Shown here piece after piece: positions 49,318-58,050 of a DNA stretch of 64,000 nt. Both the position numbers and the translations under genes were made by a program. Position 1 is the stretch's first letter, and each line of letters opens with the position of its first letter. The stretch lies in contig JAJYYI010000119.1 in the NCBI GenBank assembly GCA_021801125.1, positions 20,191 through 84,190 on the forward strand, in the 5' to 3' direction. A model generated the notes under the pieces. It made no database searches. It was not told the origin of the DNA and was given only the letters and a program-made list of their open reading frames with translations. The stretch is from Deltaproteobacteria bacterium (GTDB lineage: Bacteria > Desulfobacterota > Binatia > Binatales > Binataceae).

Positions 49318-50298
49318 ATGAACAGCAAAGCGATCAGGGTTCACGAAAACGGCGGACCTGAGGTTCTTAAGTGGGAAGATGTGAGCGTGCCCGAACCGGG
49401 ACCCGGTGAGGCGCGCGTTCGGCATACCGCGATCGGCCTCAACTTTGTAGAGATATACTTCAGAATGGGCCTTTATCCGCCGCCTCATCTGCCTTACACC
49501 CCGGGGACCGAGGCAGCGGGGGTGGTGGAGGCCGTGGGGCCTGACGTCACCGAAGTTCGCGTTGGAGATCGCGTTGCATATTGCGGCGGCCCGTTCGGCG
49601 CCTATTCAGAGGTGCGCGTGATGCCGGCGAAATTTCTCGTCCCCTTGCCGGAAGGTATAGACGAGGCCACGGCGGCGGCTTCGATGCTCAAGGGCCTCAC
49701 CAGTCAATACCTGCTTTTCTCTACGTATCAGGTCAAACGCGGCGAGACGATCCTAGTTCACGCCGCTGCCGGCGGTGTTGGCCTGATTCTTTGCCAGTGG
49801 GCTAAGCATCTGGGCGCCACGGTGATCGGAACCGTGGGCAGCGAGGACAAAGCGCGCCTGGCGGCGCAACACGGCTGTGACCAGACCATTCTCTACCACA
49901 AGGAAGACTTCGTTGCCCGCGTGCGGGAGTTAACCGGCGGCAAGGGAGTGCCTGTGGTGTATGACTCGGTCGGCCAGGCGACCTTCATGGGCTCGCTGGA
50001 TTGCCTACAGCCGCGGGGGCTGATGGTGAGCTATGGTCAGGCCTCTGGCGTTGTGCCGCCGTTCAACGTCGGTATCCTGAGCGCTAAAGGCTCGCTCTAT
50101 CTCACACGGCCAACCCTGGTTACCTACGTAGCCGAGCGCGACGAACTGCTCGGCCGAGCGCGCGCGTTGTTCGATGTCTTGACCCGGGGAATCGTGCGTT
50201 GCGAAGTGCGTCAGCGCTTTAAGCTCAAGGATGCCGCCGAGGCCCATCGCGCTCTGGCGGGCAGACAGACCACGGGTTCAAGCCTCCTCATACCGTAG
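49318..50298 (+). CDS. qor: NADPH:quinone oxidoreductase (zeta-crystallin/MDR family)
   Basis: 326 aa with GLNFVEIYFRMGLYP, PGTEAAGVV, HAAAGGVGL and the C-terminal TTGSSLLIP typical of Qor. Confidence 0.85.
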   Translation: MNSKAIRVHENGGPEVLKWEDVSVPEPGPGEARVRHTAIGLNFVEIYFRMGLYPPPHLPYTPGTEAAGVVEAVGPDVTEVRVGDRVAYCGGPFGAYSEVRVMPAKFLVPLPEGIDEATAAASMLKGLTSQYLLFSTYQVKRGETILVHAAAGGVGLILCQWAKHLGATVIGTVGSEDKARLAAQHGCDQTILYHKEDFVARVRELTGGKGVPVVYDSVGQATFMGSLDCLQPRGLMVSYGQASGVVPPFNVGILSAKGSLYLTRPTLVTYVAERDELLGRARALFDVLTRGIVRCEVRQRFKLKDAAEAHRALAGRQTTGSSLLIP

Positions 50299-50772
50299 CG
50301 CGCCGTCGCCACGACCGTCCAAGGGCAAGCCGCAACCGCTCGAGATCGACACGGCGCCGTTGCGCGGGGATTTTCTTGGAGATTACGCGGCGAGGCCGGC
50401 GCCATACGCAGGCCGCAGCCTGAGCGCGACCCGCTCTCGTGAGTTTCGTAACGCCTGCGCGGCGCATTGCCTCAGCGGCGTGGCACCTGCGGATTGAATT
50501 TCATCCGTTGCGCAAAAGCATAAGTTTCCGAGCAAAGGAAACACCGTTTTCCAGCACATTAAGCGCTCTCCCGCAGCGCTTCGACGCTGGTGTTCGGGCG
50601 CGAAACCGCGGTAAGGTCAGCGCCATCTCCCCATACTACGGGCGGAAAGTGGGCCGCTCGACGGCACCTGCACAAAATCGACGCAATAAAGTACCGTTTA
50701 GGGTTGCGGGACCATTGCGTGTCTGGTTGAATACATATGCAAATTTTCGGCCTAAGGGGGAGGACACCACCT

Positions 50773-52572
50773 ATGAGAGGCGAAAGAGGTACCGTGCGCT
50801 TTTGGTTTAGCGTTGTGCTCGGACTCCTGCTTTTAACGCCGCTAGGGACGGCGGCGCGGGCTGACGACTCTCTTGAAAGCATGGCGCAAGACCCGAACCA
50901 GTGGGTGATGCCGGGTCGGGATTACTCGCTCACGCGTTATAGCCCACTCAAACAGATAAATACGGACAACGCCAAAGACCTAAAGGTCGCATGGACGATG
51001 TCCACTGGAGCGCTGCGCGGCCATGAGGGCCAACCGCTCGTGATCGGCGACATGCTTTACTTCGAGAGCGCCTATCCCAATTTCGTATACGCGGTTAACC
51101 TCAGCGACCCCGGCCGAATCGTCTGGAAGTTTGTCCCGCATCAGGACTCGTTTGCGCCGTCCGTAGCGTGCTGCGACGTGGTGAATCGCGGACCGGCATA
51201 CGGCGACGGCAAGCTGATCGTCAACACCCTCGACGGGCACGTCTACGCGCTTGACGCCAAGGACGGGCACGTTGTGTGGGCCGCGCAAAATGCGGAGCCC
51301 AAGATGGGCCAGACGATGACCAACGCGCCTTTGGTCGTGCGCGATAAGGTTATCGTCGGCGTGTCCGGCGGTGAGTATGGCGTGCGCGGTTACGTCACCG
51401 CGTATGACCTCAGCTCGGGCAAGCGCGTCTGGCGCGCTTACAGCGAAGGACCTGACTCAGACCTCCTCTTCGACCCGGAGAAAACGATCGACGGAGCTAC
51501 TCAAAAGCCGGTCGGCAGAAACTCCAGCACAAAGACCTGGCGTGGCGACGCTTGGAAGCTCGGTGGCGGCACGACCTGGGGTTGGTATTCATACGATCCT
51601 AAGCTGAACCTCTTCTACTATGGCTCCGGCAACCCTGGGACCTGGAACCCGAGCCAGCGCCCCGGCGACAACAAGTGGTCGATGACCATTTTTGCACGTG
51701 ACCCGGACACCGGTCAGGCTCGCTGGGTCTACCAAATGACGCCGCATGACGGTTGGGACTATGACGGGATCAACGAGATGGTTCTCGCCGACCTCGACGT
51801 GAACGGCACCAGCACTCCAACGCTGGTACATTTCGACCGCAACGGGTTTGCATACGTGGTCAACCGCGAGAACGGCAAGCTGGTCGCGGCCCACAAGTAC
51901 GATCCGACGGTTAACTGGGCAACCGAAGTCAACCTCGAGACCGGACGTCCTCAGGTGAATCCGGCTTACATGACCAAGCAGGACGTCAACGTGAAGGGAA
52001 TCTGCCCTTCGGCCCAGGGCGACAAAGACCAACAGCCGGTCTCCTTCGACCTCGACACCAAGCTGTTCTATGCCCCGCTGAATCACCTCTGCATGGACTA
52101 CCAGGGATTCGCGGTCAAATATAAGGCCGGCTTCCCGTTTGTCGGCGCCATCGTCAATATGTTCCCGGCCGAGGGTGGCAACCGCGGACGCTTCATCGCT
52201 TTCGACCCGGTTTCAGGTCAGGCGAAGTGGGAAATCAAAGACACGTTCCAGGATTGGGGCGGCGCTCTGACGACGGCCGGCGGCTTGGCCTTCTACGGAA
52301 CGCTGGACGGTTGGTTCAGGGCGGTCGACAAAAAGACGGGTAACGTGCTCTATCAGTTCCATTGCCCCTCGGGGATCATCGGCAATCCGATCACCTTCAT
52401 GCATAATGGCAAGCAGTATGTTGCCATCCTGAGCGGTGTGGGAGGATGGTCCGCAATCGGTCTGGCCGAAGGCTTGGCTGAGCCCACCGCGGGTCTCGGC
52501 GCGGTCGGTCTGACCGCCTCGCTTAAGGATTACACCAGTCTGGGCGGCACCCTCTTGGTGTTCTCGCTGTAA
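50773..52572 (+). CDS. xoxF: XoxF-type (lanthanide-dependent) PQQ methanol/alcohol dehydrogenase
   Basis: Start taken at ATG 50773 (GGGGGAGG RBS). Near-collinear with XoxF sequences I know, including the QWVMPGRDY, GALRGHEGQPLV and TWGWYSYDP blocks. Vicinal CC at 51169..51174. The motif WDYDG has its second Asp at 51763..51765. Confidence 0.9.
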   Translation: MRGERGTVRFWFSVVLGLLLLTPLGTAARADDSLESMAQDPNQWVMPGRDYSLTRYSPLKQINTDNAKDLKVAWTMSTGALRGHEGQPLVIGDMLYFESAYPNFVYAVNLSDPGRIVWKFVPHQDSFAPSVACCDVVNRGPAYGDGKLIVNTLDGHVYALDAKDGHVVWAAQNAEPKMGQTMTNAPLVVRDKVIVGVSGGEYGVRGYVTAYDLSSGKRVWRAYSEGPDSDLLFDPEKTIDGATQKPVGRNSSTKTWRGDAWKLGGGTTWGWYSYDPKLNLFYYGSGNPGTWNPSQRPGDNKWSMTIFARDPDTGQARWVYQMTPHDGWDYDGINEMVLADLDVNGTSTPTLVHFDRNGFAYVVNRENGKLVAAHKYDPTVNWATEVNLETGRPQVNPAYMTKQDVNVKGICPSAQGDKDQQPVSFDLDTKLFYAPLNHLCMDYQGFAVKYKAGFPFVGAIVNMFPAEGGNRGRFIAFDPVSGQAKWEIKDTFQDWGGALTTAGGLAFYGTLDGWFRAVDKKTGNVLYQFHCPSGIIGNPITFMHNGKQYVAILSGVGGWSAIGLAEGLAEPTAGLGAVGLTASLKDYTSLGGTLLVFSL

Positions 52573-52596
52573 GCGATACAACGTAAACTTGACGCC

Positions 52597-52633
52597 GGCG
52601 AGGCGCGCGTGCCGGTCGCACGCGCGCCTCGCC
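52597..52633 (+). terminator. very strong GC hairpin 25 nt after xoxF stop (terminator/processing or mRNA-stabilising element)
   Basis: Perfect 15-bp stem GGCGAGGCGCGCGTG / CACGCGCGCCTCGCC with a 7-nt loop; one further C-G pair is possible. No U-tract follows. Confidence 0.45.
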
Positions 52634-52932
52634 GCTAATAGGGAATTTCAGCGCTCAGCGGCAAGTTCCCAATGCTTTCACGACCAGCTTGGCTCACGTT
52701 GCGCGCGGCAGCCAGCATGGTTTTTGCGACCGCACCCGCGGCATCGTTTGCTCGCCGCGCGACCGTACGCCAGAGATGCAAACGCCAGAGGCCCGGACCA
52801 GCGTCAGCACTCCCGCGCCTTGATAATTTGCCTGGCGAATTTTGTGCCTGATGCGCAAACCATGGCGGGCGCTTCTCCGCACCTTCGGGGCTATAATCTT
52901 ACCCAAGGATTTAAGAAGTGACGGAGGCGCTA

Positions 52933-53766
52933 ATGAACCGTCGAATATTGAGAACAACCCCAGGATTGGCGATGCTCATCGCCGCAGGCGTTATCTTGAG
53001 CGCCGCGAGGCTTAACGCACAGGCGCTGCGAGTGTGCGCTGATCCGGACTATTTACCCTTTTCGGACCAAGCTGGCCAGGGACTGGAAAACAAGCTGGCC
53101 GCGTTGGCCGCCAAGGCTCTTGGCGACAAAGTGGAGTACACCTGGGCCAGCTATCGGGGTCCGGGCGGTTTTGACGGGTTCCTATACCAAACGCTCAATG
53201 CAAAGAAATGCGACGTAGTGATGGAAATTCCTTACGGGTACGCACAAGTGCTGAGTACCAAGCCGTACTACGTCTCTTCCTACGTTTTCGTTTATAGGAA
53301 AAACAAGGACTACGACATCCAGAGCATGGATTCTCCGATTCTGCGCAAGCTCAAAATCGGGTTCGAGAGTGAAACCCCGCCGGAAATGGGGCTGAAAATC
53401 CGCGGCTTGGTGCAGACGGCGACTCCTTTCGATATCGGCGATAAAGCCGGCGAATCACCGGCGCTGATGCTGAACCAGGTGCAAGACGGCAAGCTGGATG
53501 TCGCGATTACATGGGAACCTGCAATAGGTTACTTCCTCCCTCATTACCCGGACCTACAAGTTGTGGCGGTGCCCAACGAGCGCGCCCTCGGCGCACCTGA
53601 GCAATACGCGTTTCCCGTTTCCATGGGCGTACGCCAGGGCGACGAGGCTTTGAAGAACCGGCTCGATGACGTCATCTCGAAGCACGAAAGTGAAATAACC
53701 GCGCTACTCGCGAATTTCGGCGTCAAGCTTTACAAACCTAACGTGCCTGGTGCTGTAAGCTATTGA
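52933..53766 (+). CDS. xoxJ: XoxJ/MxaJ-like periplasmic binding protein associated with quinoprotein dehydrogenases
   Basis: ATG 52933 with a GGAGG RBS and a signal peptide. LRVCADPDYLPFS and the family-3 SBP fold pattern match MoxJ-type proteins. Sits between xoxF and xoxG. Confidence 0.8.
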   Translation: MNRRILRTTPGLAMLIAAGVILSAARLNAQALRVCADPDYLPFSDQAGQGLENKLAALAAKALGDKVEYTWASYRGPGGFDGFLYQTLNAKKCDVVMEIPYGYAQVLSTKPYYVSSYVFVYRKNKDYDIQSMDSPILRKLKIGFESETPPEMGLKIRGLVQTATPFDIGDKAGESPALMLNQVQDGKLDVAITWEPAIGYFLPHYPDLQVVAVPNERALGAPEQYAFPVSMGVRQGDEALKNRLDDVISKHESEITALLANFGVKLYKPNVPGAVSY

Positions 53767-53810
53767 TAACTCAACACATCGGCGATTTGAAAGGGGCGAC
53801 GTTTGCTTGG

Positions 53811-54578
53811 ATGAAGACGACGATCTGGGGGATGGTTAATGCGGCCGTGTGTCTAGCGGTGCTCCTCGGCACCGGACTTGTCGCGGCCAGAGCACTGGTA
53901 CAAGCCGCGGAGGCCGAGAGCGCTCAAGCGGCTGGTGACGCGCCAAAGATGATGCATGAAAGCGACTGCTTTTCCTGCCATAGCGTGGACAAAAAAGTCG
54001 TTGGACCGGCGTTCTCGGCGGTAGCCGCACGATACTCCGGCAAGCCCGACGCTGTTTCGAAGTTAGTCGAGAAGGTGAAAAACGGCGGGGCTGGCAACTG
54101 GGGTGATATCCCCATGCCGCCGCATCCCCAGTTCACCGACGCGCAGCTAAAGACGATCGTCGAATGGGTGCTGGCGCAAAATTCGAAAGCCGCGCCAGCG
54201 GCCGCGCCGGCGAACGGTGCGAAGACGTATAACTACAAATTGCCCGACGGTCGCACGCTCGCCTTGCACTTTCCCGTGTTTTCCAACGGCGACCACGTGA
54301 CTAGCAGCGTTTTTAAGGGCTGGGAAAAGTTCAACTCCTACTGCTTTCGCTGCCACGGCACCGACGCGGTCGGCAGTGAGTACGCGCCGGACTTGCGGCA
54401 TTCGCTGGAGAGCGGCATGACCAAGAGCCAGTTCATCACCGTCATGATGGAGGGCGTGCCGGACAAAGGGATGCCCAAGTGGTCTGGATTCTTCGACCCG
54501 GATGATGCCGACGAGATCTATCAATACGTGAAGGCGCGAAGCGTGGGCTTGGTCAAACCCGGACGTCCGAGTGAATAG
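53811..54578 (+). CDS. xoxG: di-heme cytochrome c: N-terminal c551/c552-like domain fused to XoxG/cL-like domain
   Basis: Start taken at MKTTIWG (ATG 53811). First haem motif CFSCH (53967..53981) lies in a segment closely resembling Pseudomonas c-551 (VVGPAFSAVAARYSG..KNGGAGNWGDIPMPPH). Second motif CFRCH (54342..54356) lies in a methanol-dehydrogenase cytochrome cL/XoxG-like segment. Confidence 0.75.
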   Translation: MKTTIWGMVNAAVCLAVLLGTGLVAARALVQAAEAESAQAAGDAPKMMHESDCFSCHSVDKKVVGPAFSAVAARYSGKPDAVSKLVEKVKNGGAGNWGDIPMPPHPQFTDAQLKTIVEWVLAQNSKAAPAAAPANGAKTYNYKLPDGRTLALHFPVFSNGDHVTSSVFKGWEKFNSYCFRCHGTDAVGSEYAPDLRHSLESGMTKSQFITVMMEGVPDKGMPKWSGFFDPDDADEIYQYVKARSVGLVKPGRPSE

Positions 54579-54632
54579 CTGGACAGGTTTTACTTGAGCG
54601 AAAGTTGGTCAACCAACCTTGTGCCATAGCGC

Positions 54633-54661
54633 TTGACAGGGGGTTCAGAACCGGCGAGAAT
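54633..54661 (+). promoter_or_regulatory. sigma-70-like promoter upstream of pqqA
   Basis: TTGACA (54633..54638), a 17-nt spacer, then GAGAAT (54656..54661), about 70 nt upstream of the pqqA ATG. Confidence 0.4.
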
Positions 54662-54732
54662 GTCGGGTAATCGCCACACCGATCCGCTCGGTGGGCGTGT
54701 CAGTATCAATTCGATACGGAGGGGAGACGAGC

Positions 54733-54807
54733 ATGGAATGGACTAAACCCACCTTTGAAGACCTGCGTCTTGGCTTCGAGCTGACTCTTTACATCTTTAA
54801 TCGCTAA
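54733..54807 (+). CDS. pqqA: PQQ precursor peptide PqqA
   Basis: Not in the ORF track (24 codons). MEWTKPTFEDLRLGFELTLYIFNR has the conserved W-x-x-P N-terminus and the E16-x3-Y20 cross-link pair. GGAGGGGAG RBS; lies directly upstream of pqqBCDE. Confidence 0.9.
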   Translation: MEWTKPTFEDLRLGFELTLYIFNR

Positions 54808-54813
54808 GGAACT

Positions 54814-54854
54814 GGGCTAGGGGGCGTCCAAGTTCCCCTAGCCCGTTTCTTTTT
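54814..54854 (+). terminator. rho-independent terminator/attenuator immediately after pqqA
   Basis: Perfect 10-bp stem GGGCTAGGGG / CCCCTAGCCC with an 11-nt loop, followed by GTTTCTTTTT. Confidence 0.65.
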
Positions 54855-54959
54855 CAGCTTTTGGGGAGACACCTTAGGCAAGCCTCCTAGAGAGGCGGTG
54901 CCCGTAAAAGTGTTAGCGCGTTCGTCTTAACGCGCGGGCGCCGCAAACTCACCACCACC

Positions 54960-55874
54960 GTGATTGTCCGAGTACTCGGCTCCGCTGCTGGAGGAGGCTT
55001 CCCGCAATGGAACTGCAACTGCTCGAACTGCTCGGGCCTCCGCAAGGGTTTAATCAAGGCGCAGCCGCGCACCCAGTCGTCGGTGGCCGTTAGCGATAAC
55101 GGCAAGACTTGGGTTATTATTGACGCTTCGCCCGATATCCGCACCCAAATAGAGGGATTCGCGCCCTTTCAGCCTGGGCGAGCCGTCAGAGACACGGCGA
55201 TCGCCGGGGTAGTGTTGGTCGATAGCCAGATTGACCACGCAACCGGACTGCTCTTTTTGCGCGAGGGAAAACCGCTCCACGTCTACTGCACGGACATGGT
55301 CTATGAGGACTTGACCACTGGGTTTCCTGTCCTGAATATGCTCGCTCATTATTGCGGCGTGCAGCGCCATCGAATCGAAGTCAACGGAGACGGCGAATTT
55401 GCGATACCCGACTTGCCGGGCGTGCGCTTTGTCGCGGTGCCTTTGGACAGCAAGGCCCCGCCCTACTCCCCCCATCGGCATAATCCCCATATCGGCGATA
55501 CGATAGGCGTCTTGCTCGAGGACCGACAGAGCGGGAAACGCCTTCTTTATGCGCCAGCGCTGGGCCGAGCGGAGCCGCGAGTGCTCGCCCTGATGGAACA
55601 GGTCGACTGCGTGCTTACGGACGGCACTTGCTGGCGTGACGACGAGCTGCAGTTGGCGGGAATCTCGAACAGGCGCGCGACCGAGATGGGCCATTTGCCC
55701 CAATCAGGTCCGGGTGGAATGATAGAGGTCATGCGCGGAGTGAAAAGACCGCGTAAAGTGCTGACGCATATAAACAACACCAACCCTATCCTGCGCGACG
55801 ACTCGCCGGAGCGGGCCCAGCTCACCGTCGAGCACATCGAGGTCGCCTTCGATGGAATGGAGATAGCGCTTTAG
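54960..55874 (+). CDS. pqqB: PQQ biosynthesis protein PqqB (MBL fold)
   Basis: [24 protein letters not shown] is the hallmark PqqB N-terminus; 304 aa. Confidence 0.92.
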   Translation: MIVRVLGSAAGGGFPQWNCNCSNCSGLRKGLIKAQPRTQSSVAVSDNGKTWVIIDASPDIRTQIEGFAPFQPGRAVRDTAIAGVVLVDSQIDHATGLLFLREGKPLHVYCTDMVYEDLTTGFPVLNMLAHYCGVQRHRIEVNGDGEFAIPDLPGVRFVAVPLDSKAPPYSPHRHNPHIGDTIGVLLEDRQSGKRLLYAPALGRAEPRVLALMEQVDCVLTDGTCWRDDELQLAGISNRRATEMGHLPQSGPGGMIEVMRGVKRPRKVLTHINNTNPILRDDSPERAQLTVEHIEVAFDGMEIAL

Positions 55875-55897
55875 TTCACACGGCGCGACGAACGGAC

Positions 55898-56626
55898 ATG
55901 ACAATGGCCGTAGCACCTCCGTGGAGCAAAGAAGAGTTCGAGCAAAAGCTGCGAGAGCGCGGCGCCGCCTACCACATTCATCATCCGTATCACGTGATGA
56001 TGAACGAAGGACGCCTGAACCGGGAGCAGGTGCAAGGCTGGGTAGCCAACCGCTTCTACTATCAAATCAACATACCGCGCAAGGACGCCGCGATTCTGGC
56101 TCAATGCCCTGATCGGGAAGTGCGCCGGCACTGGATCAAGCGGATCGTCGACCACGACGGCAAAGAAGGCGACCAGGGCGGGATTGAGGCTTGGATAAAA
56201 CTTGGCGAGGCATGCGGCCTGGAGCGAGACGAGATAGTGTCGCTGCGCCGCGTATTGCCGGGCGTGCGCTTTGCGGTTGACGCTTACGTCAATTTTGCCC
56301 GAACAGCACCGTGGCAGGAAGCAGTGTGCGCTTCGCTGACGGAACTTTTCGCGACCAACATTCATCGGGTGCGCCTGGAAAATTGGCCGCGCCATTACCC
56401 TTGGATCGATCCCCGCGGCTACGATTACTTTCGACGCCGGATAACCGAGGCTTCGCAGGATGTTGAGTACGGGCTCGAGGTAACGCTAGCGCACTTCACC
56501 ACGCGCGAATTGCAGGAGCGCGCGCTGGAAATCTTGCAGCTCAAGCTGGACATTCTGTGGTCGATGCTTGACGCGATGTACGTGGCTTACGTGGACAAAA
56601 TCCCGCCCTCTCGCGGGATGCGCTAA
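55898..56626 (+). CDS. pqqC: pyrroloquinoline-quinone synthase PqqC
   Basis: 242 aa with [23 protein letters not shown] and [12 protein letters not shown] blocks. Confidence 0.95.
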   Translation: MTMAVAPPWSKEEFEQKLRERGAAYHIHHPYHVMMNEGRLNREQVQGWVANRFYYQINIPRKDAAILAQCPDREVRRHWIKRIVDHDGKEGDQGGIEAWIKLGEACGLERDEIVSLRRVLPGVRFAVDAYVNFARTAPWQEAVCASLTELFATNIHRVRLENWPRHYPWIDPRGYDYFRRRITEASQDVEYGLEVTLAHFTTRELQERALEILQLKLDILWSMLDAMYVAYVDKIPPSRGMR

Positions 56627-56635
56627 CGGCACGCC

Positions 56636-56920
56636 ATGGCGGTCTTCGACCCGGACACGATTCTGGCGATCTCAAATAAGTTTCGCTTGCAGTGGGAAGC
56701 CGCGCAGCAGGCCTATGTTCTGCTTTACGCGGAGGGCATGATAAAACTTAATGTGAGTGCCGGCGAGGTGCTCAAGCGGCTCGACGGACAGCGAACTTTG
56801 GCCGCCGTAATTGAGGATCTCCAGCGCCAATTCCCAAACGCCGCGCTCGAAGATGACGTGCGGGAATTTGTGAACATCGCCCATGACCACGGATGGATTA
56901 TCGTCAAGCAGCCCACCTAA
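56636..56920 (+). CDS. pqqD: PqqA-binding chaperone PqqD
   Basis: 94 aa. [32 protein letters not shown] fits PqqD/RRE proteins. Sits between pqqC and pqqE. Confidence 0.9.
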   Translation: MAVFDPDTILAISNKFRLQWEAAQQAYVLLYAEGMIKLNVSAGEVLKRLDGQRTLAAVIEDLQRQFPNAALEDDVREFVNIAHDHGWIIVKQPT

Positions 56921-58040
56921 ACCCTTGTGGTTGTGCGCTGAGTTGACTTACTCCTGCCCGCTTCAGTGCCCTTACTGCTCGAATCCGATTGATTTCTCCA
57001 GGCAACGGGACACGCTCAAGACCGAAGATTGGAGTCGCGTCCTCAAAGAGGCTCGAGCGATGGGCGCGGTCCAGCTTGGGTTCTCGGGTGGAGAGCCGCT
57101 CTTGCGCCGCGACCTGGAGGACTTGGTTGCCGAGGCGCGACATCTCGGATACTACACCAACCTCATTACCTCAGCCGCGGGCCTTGGCGAGCCACGGCTT
57201 AAAGCCCTGAAGGAAGCCGGGCTGGACCACATTCAGATAAGCTTCCAGGCGGGTTCGCAGGCGCTCAACGACTTCATGGCTGGCACCAGAATCTTCGAGC
57301 ACAAGCTTGCCGCAGCGCGTCTGGTCAAGCAGTACGGCTATGACATCGTGCTGAACTTCGTCGTCTATCGGGACAACATCGATCAGATCGGCCAGATGCT
57401 TGATATGGCGGGCGAGGTCGGCGCGGATTACGTTGAGTTGGCGAATGTGCAGTACTACGGCTGGGCGCTCTTGAATCGCGACCGTTTGTTGCCGACGCGA
57501 GAGCAGCTTTCCCGCGCCGAAGCGATTGCGCACCAATACCAGGAACGCTGGAAGGGACGCATGCGCATACTCTACGTTATTCCGGACTATTATGAAGAGC
57601 GCCCCAAAGCGTGCATGAGCGGATGGGGCAGTATCTTTCTGACCGTCGCGCCCGACGGCGTGGCGCTGCCGTGCCAGGCCGCCCGTCAACTCCCGGGGAT
57701 CGAATTTCCCAACGTGCGCGACCATAGCGTCGAGTGGATATGGAACGAATCGCCTGCCTTCAACAAGTTTCGCGGCTTTGACTGGATGAAAGAGCCGTGC
57801 CGCAGCTGCCCCGACCGGTTCAAAGACTACGGCGGATGCCGATGCCAGGCCTACATGCTCACCGGCGACGCCGGCAACACAGACCCGGTCTGCAGCCTTT
57901 CCCCACGCCATGACGTCATCCTGTCTGCGATATCCTCGGCTAACGCCGCGGCCGAACGCGGCAACGGCGCGCGCGAGCCTGGACAAGGCGAGGGTCCAAT
58001 CTTCCGCAACGTTCGCAACTCCTCCAAGCTGAGCGCCTGA
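56883..58040 (+). CDS. pqqE: radical SAM/SPASM enzyme PqqE
   Basis: [22 protein letters not shown] (CxxxCxxC), GFSGGEPL and the C-terminal SPASM cysteines ([19 protein letters not shown]). Overlaps pqqD by 38 nt. Confidence 0.93.
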   Translation: MTTDGLSSSSPPKPLWLCAELTYSCPLQCPYCSNPIDFSRQRDTLKTEDWSRVLKEARAMGAVQLGFSGGEPLLRRDLEDLVAEARHLGYYTNLITSAAGLGEPRLKALKEAGLDHIQISFQAGSQALNDFMAGTRIFEHKLAAARLVKQYGYDIVLNFVVYRDNIDQIGQMLDMAGEVGADYVELANVQYYGWALLNRDRLLPTREQLSRAEAIAHQYQERWKGRMRILYVIPDYYEERPKACMSGWGSIFLTVAPDGVALPCQAARQLPGIEFPNVRDHSVEWIWNESPAFNKFRGFDWMKEPCRSCPDRFKDYGGCRCQAYMLTGDAGNTDPVCSLSPRHDVILSAISSANAAAERGNGAREPGQGEGPIFRNVRNSSKLSA

Positions 58041-58050
58041 GGCTGCCTCG

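Noticed and set aside
50481-50497. TGGCAC..TTGA upstream of xoxF as a sigma-54 promoter
   Set aside because: The GG-to-GC spacing is two nucleotides too long, and the -12 element is TTGA rather than TTGC.
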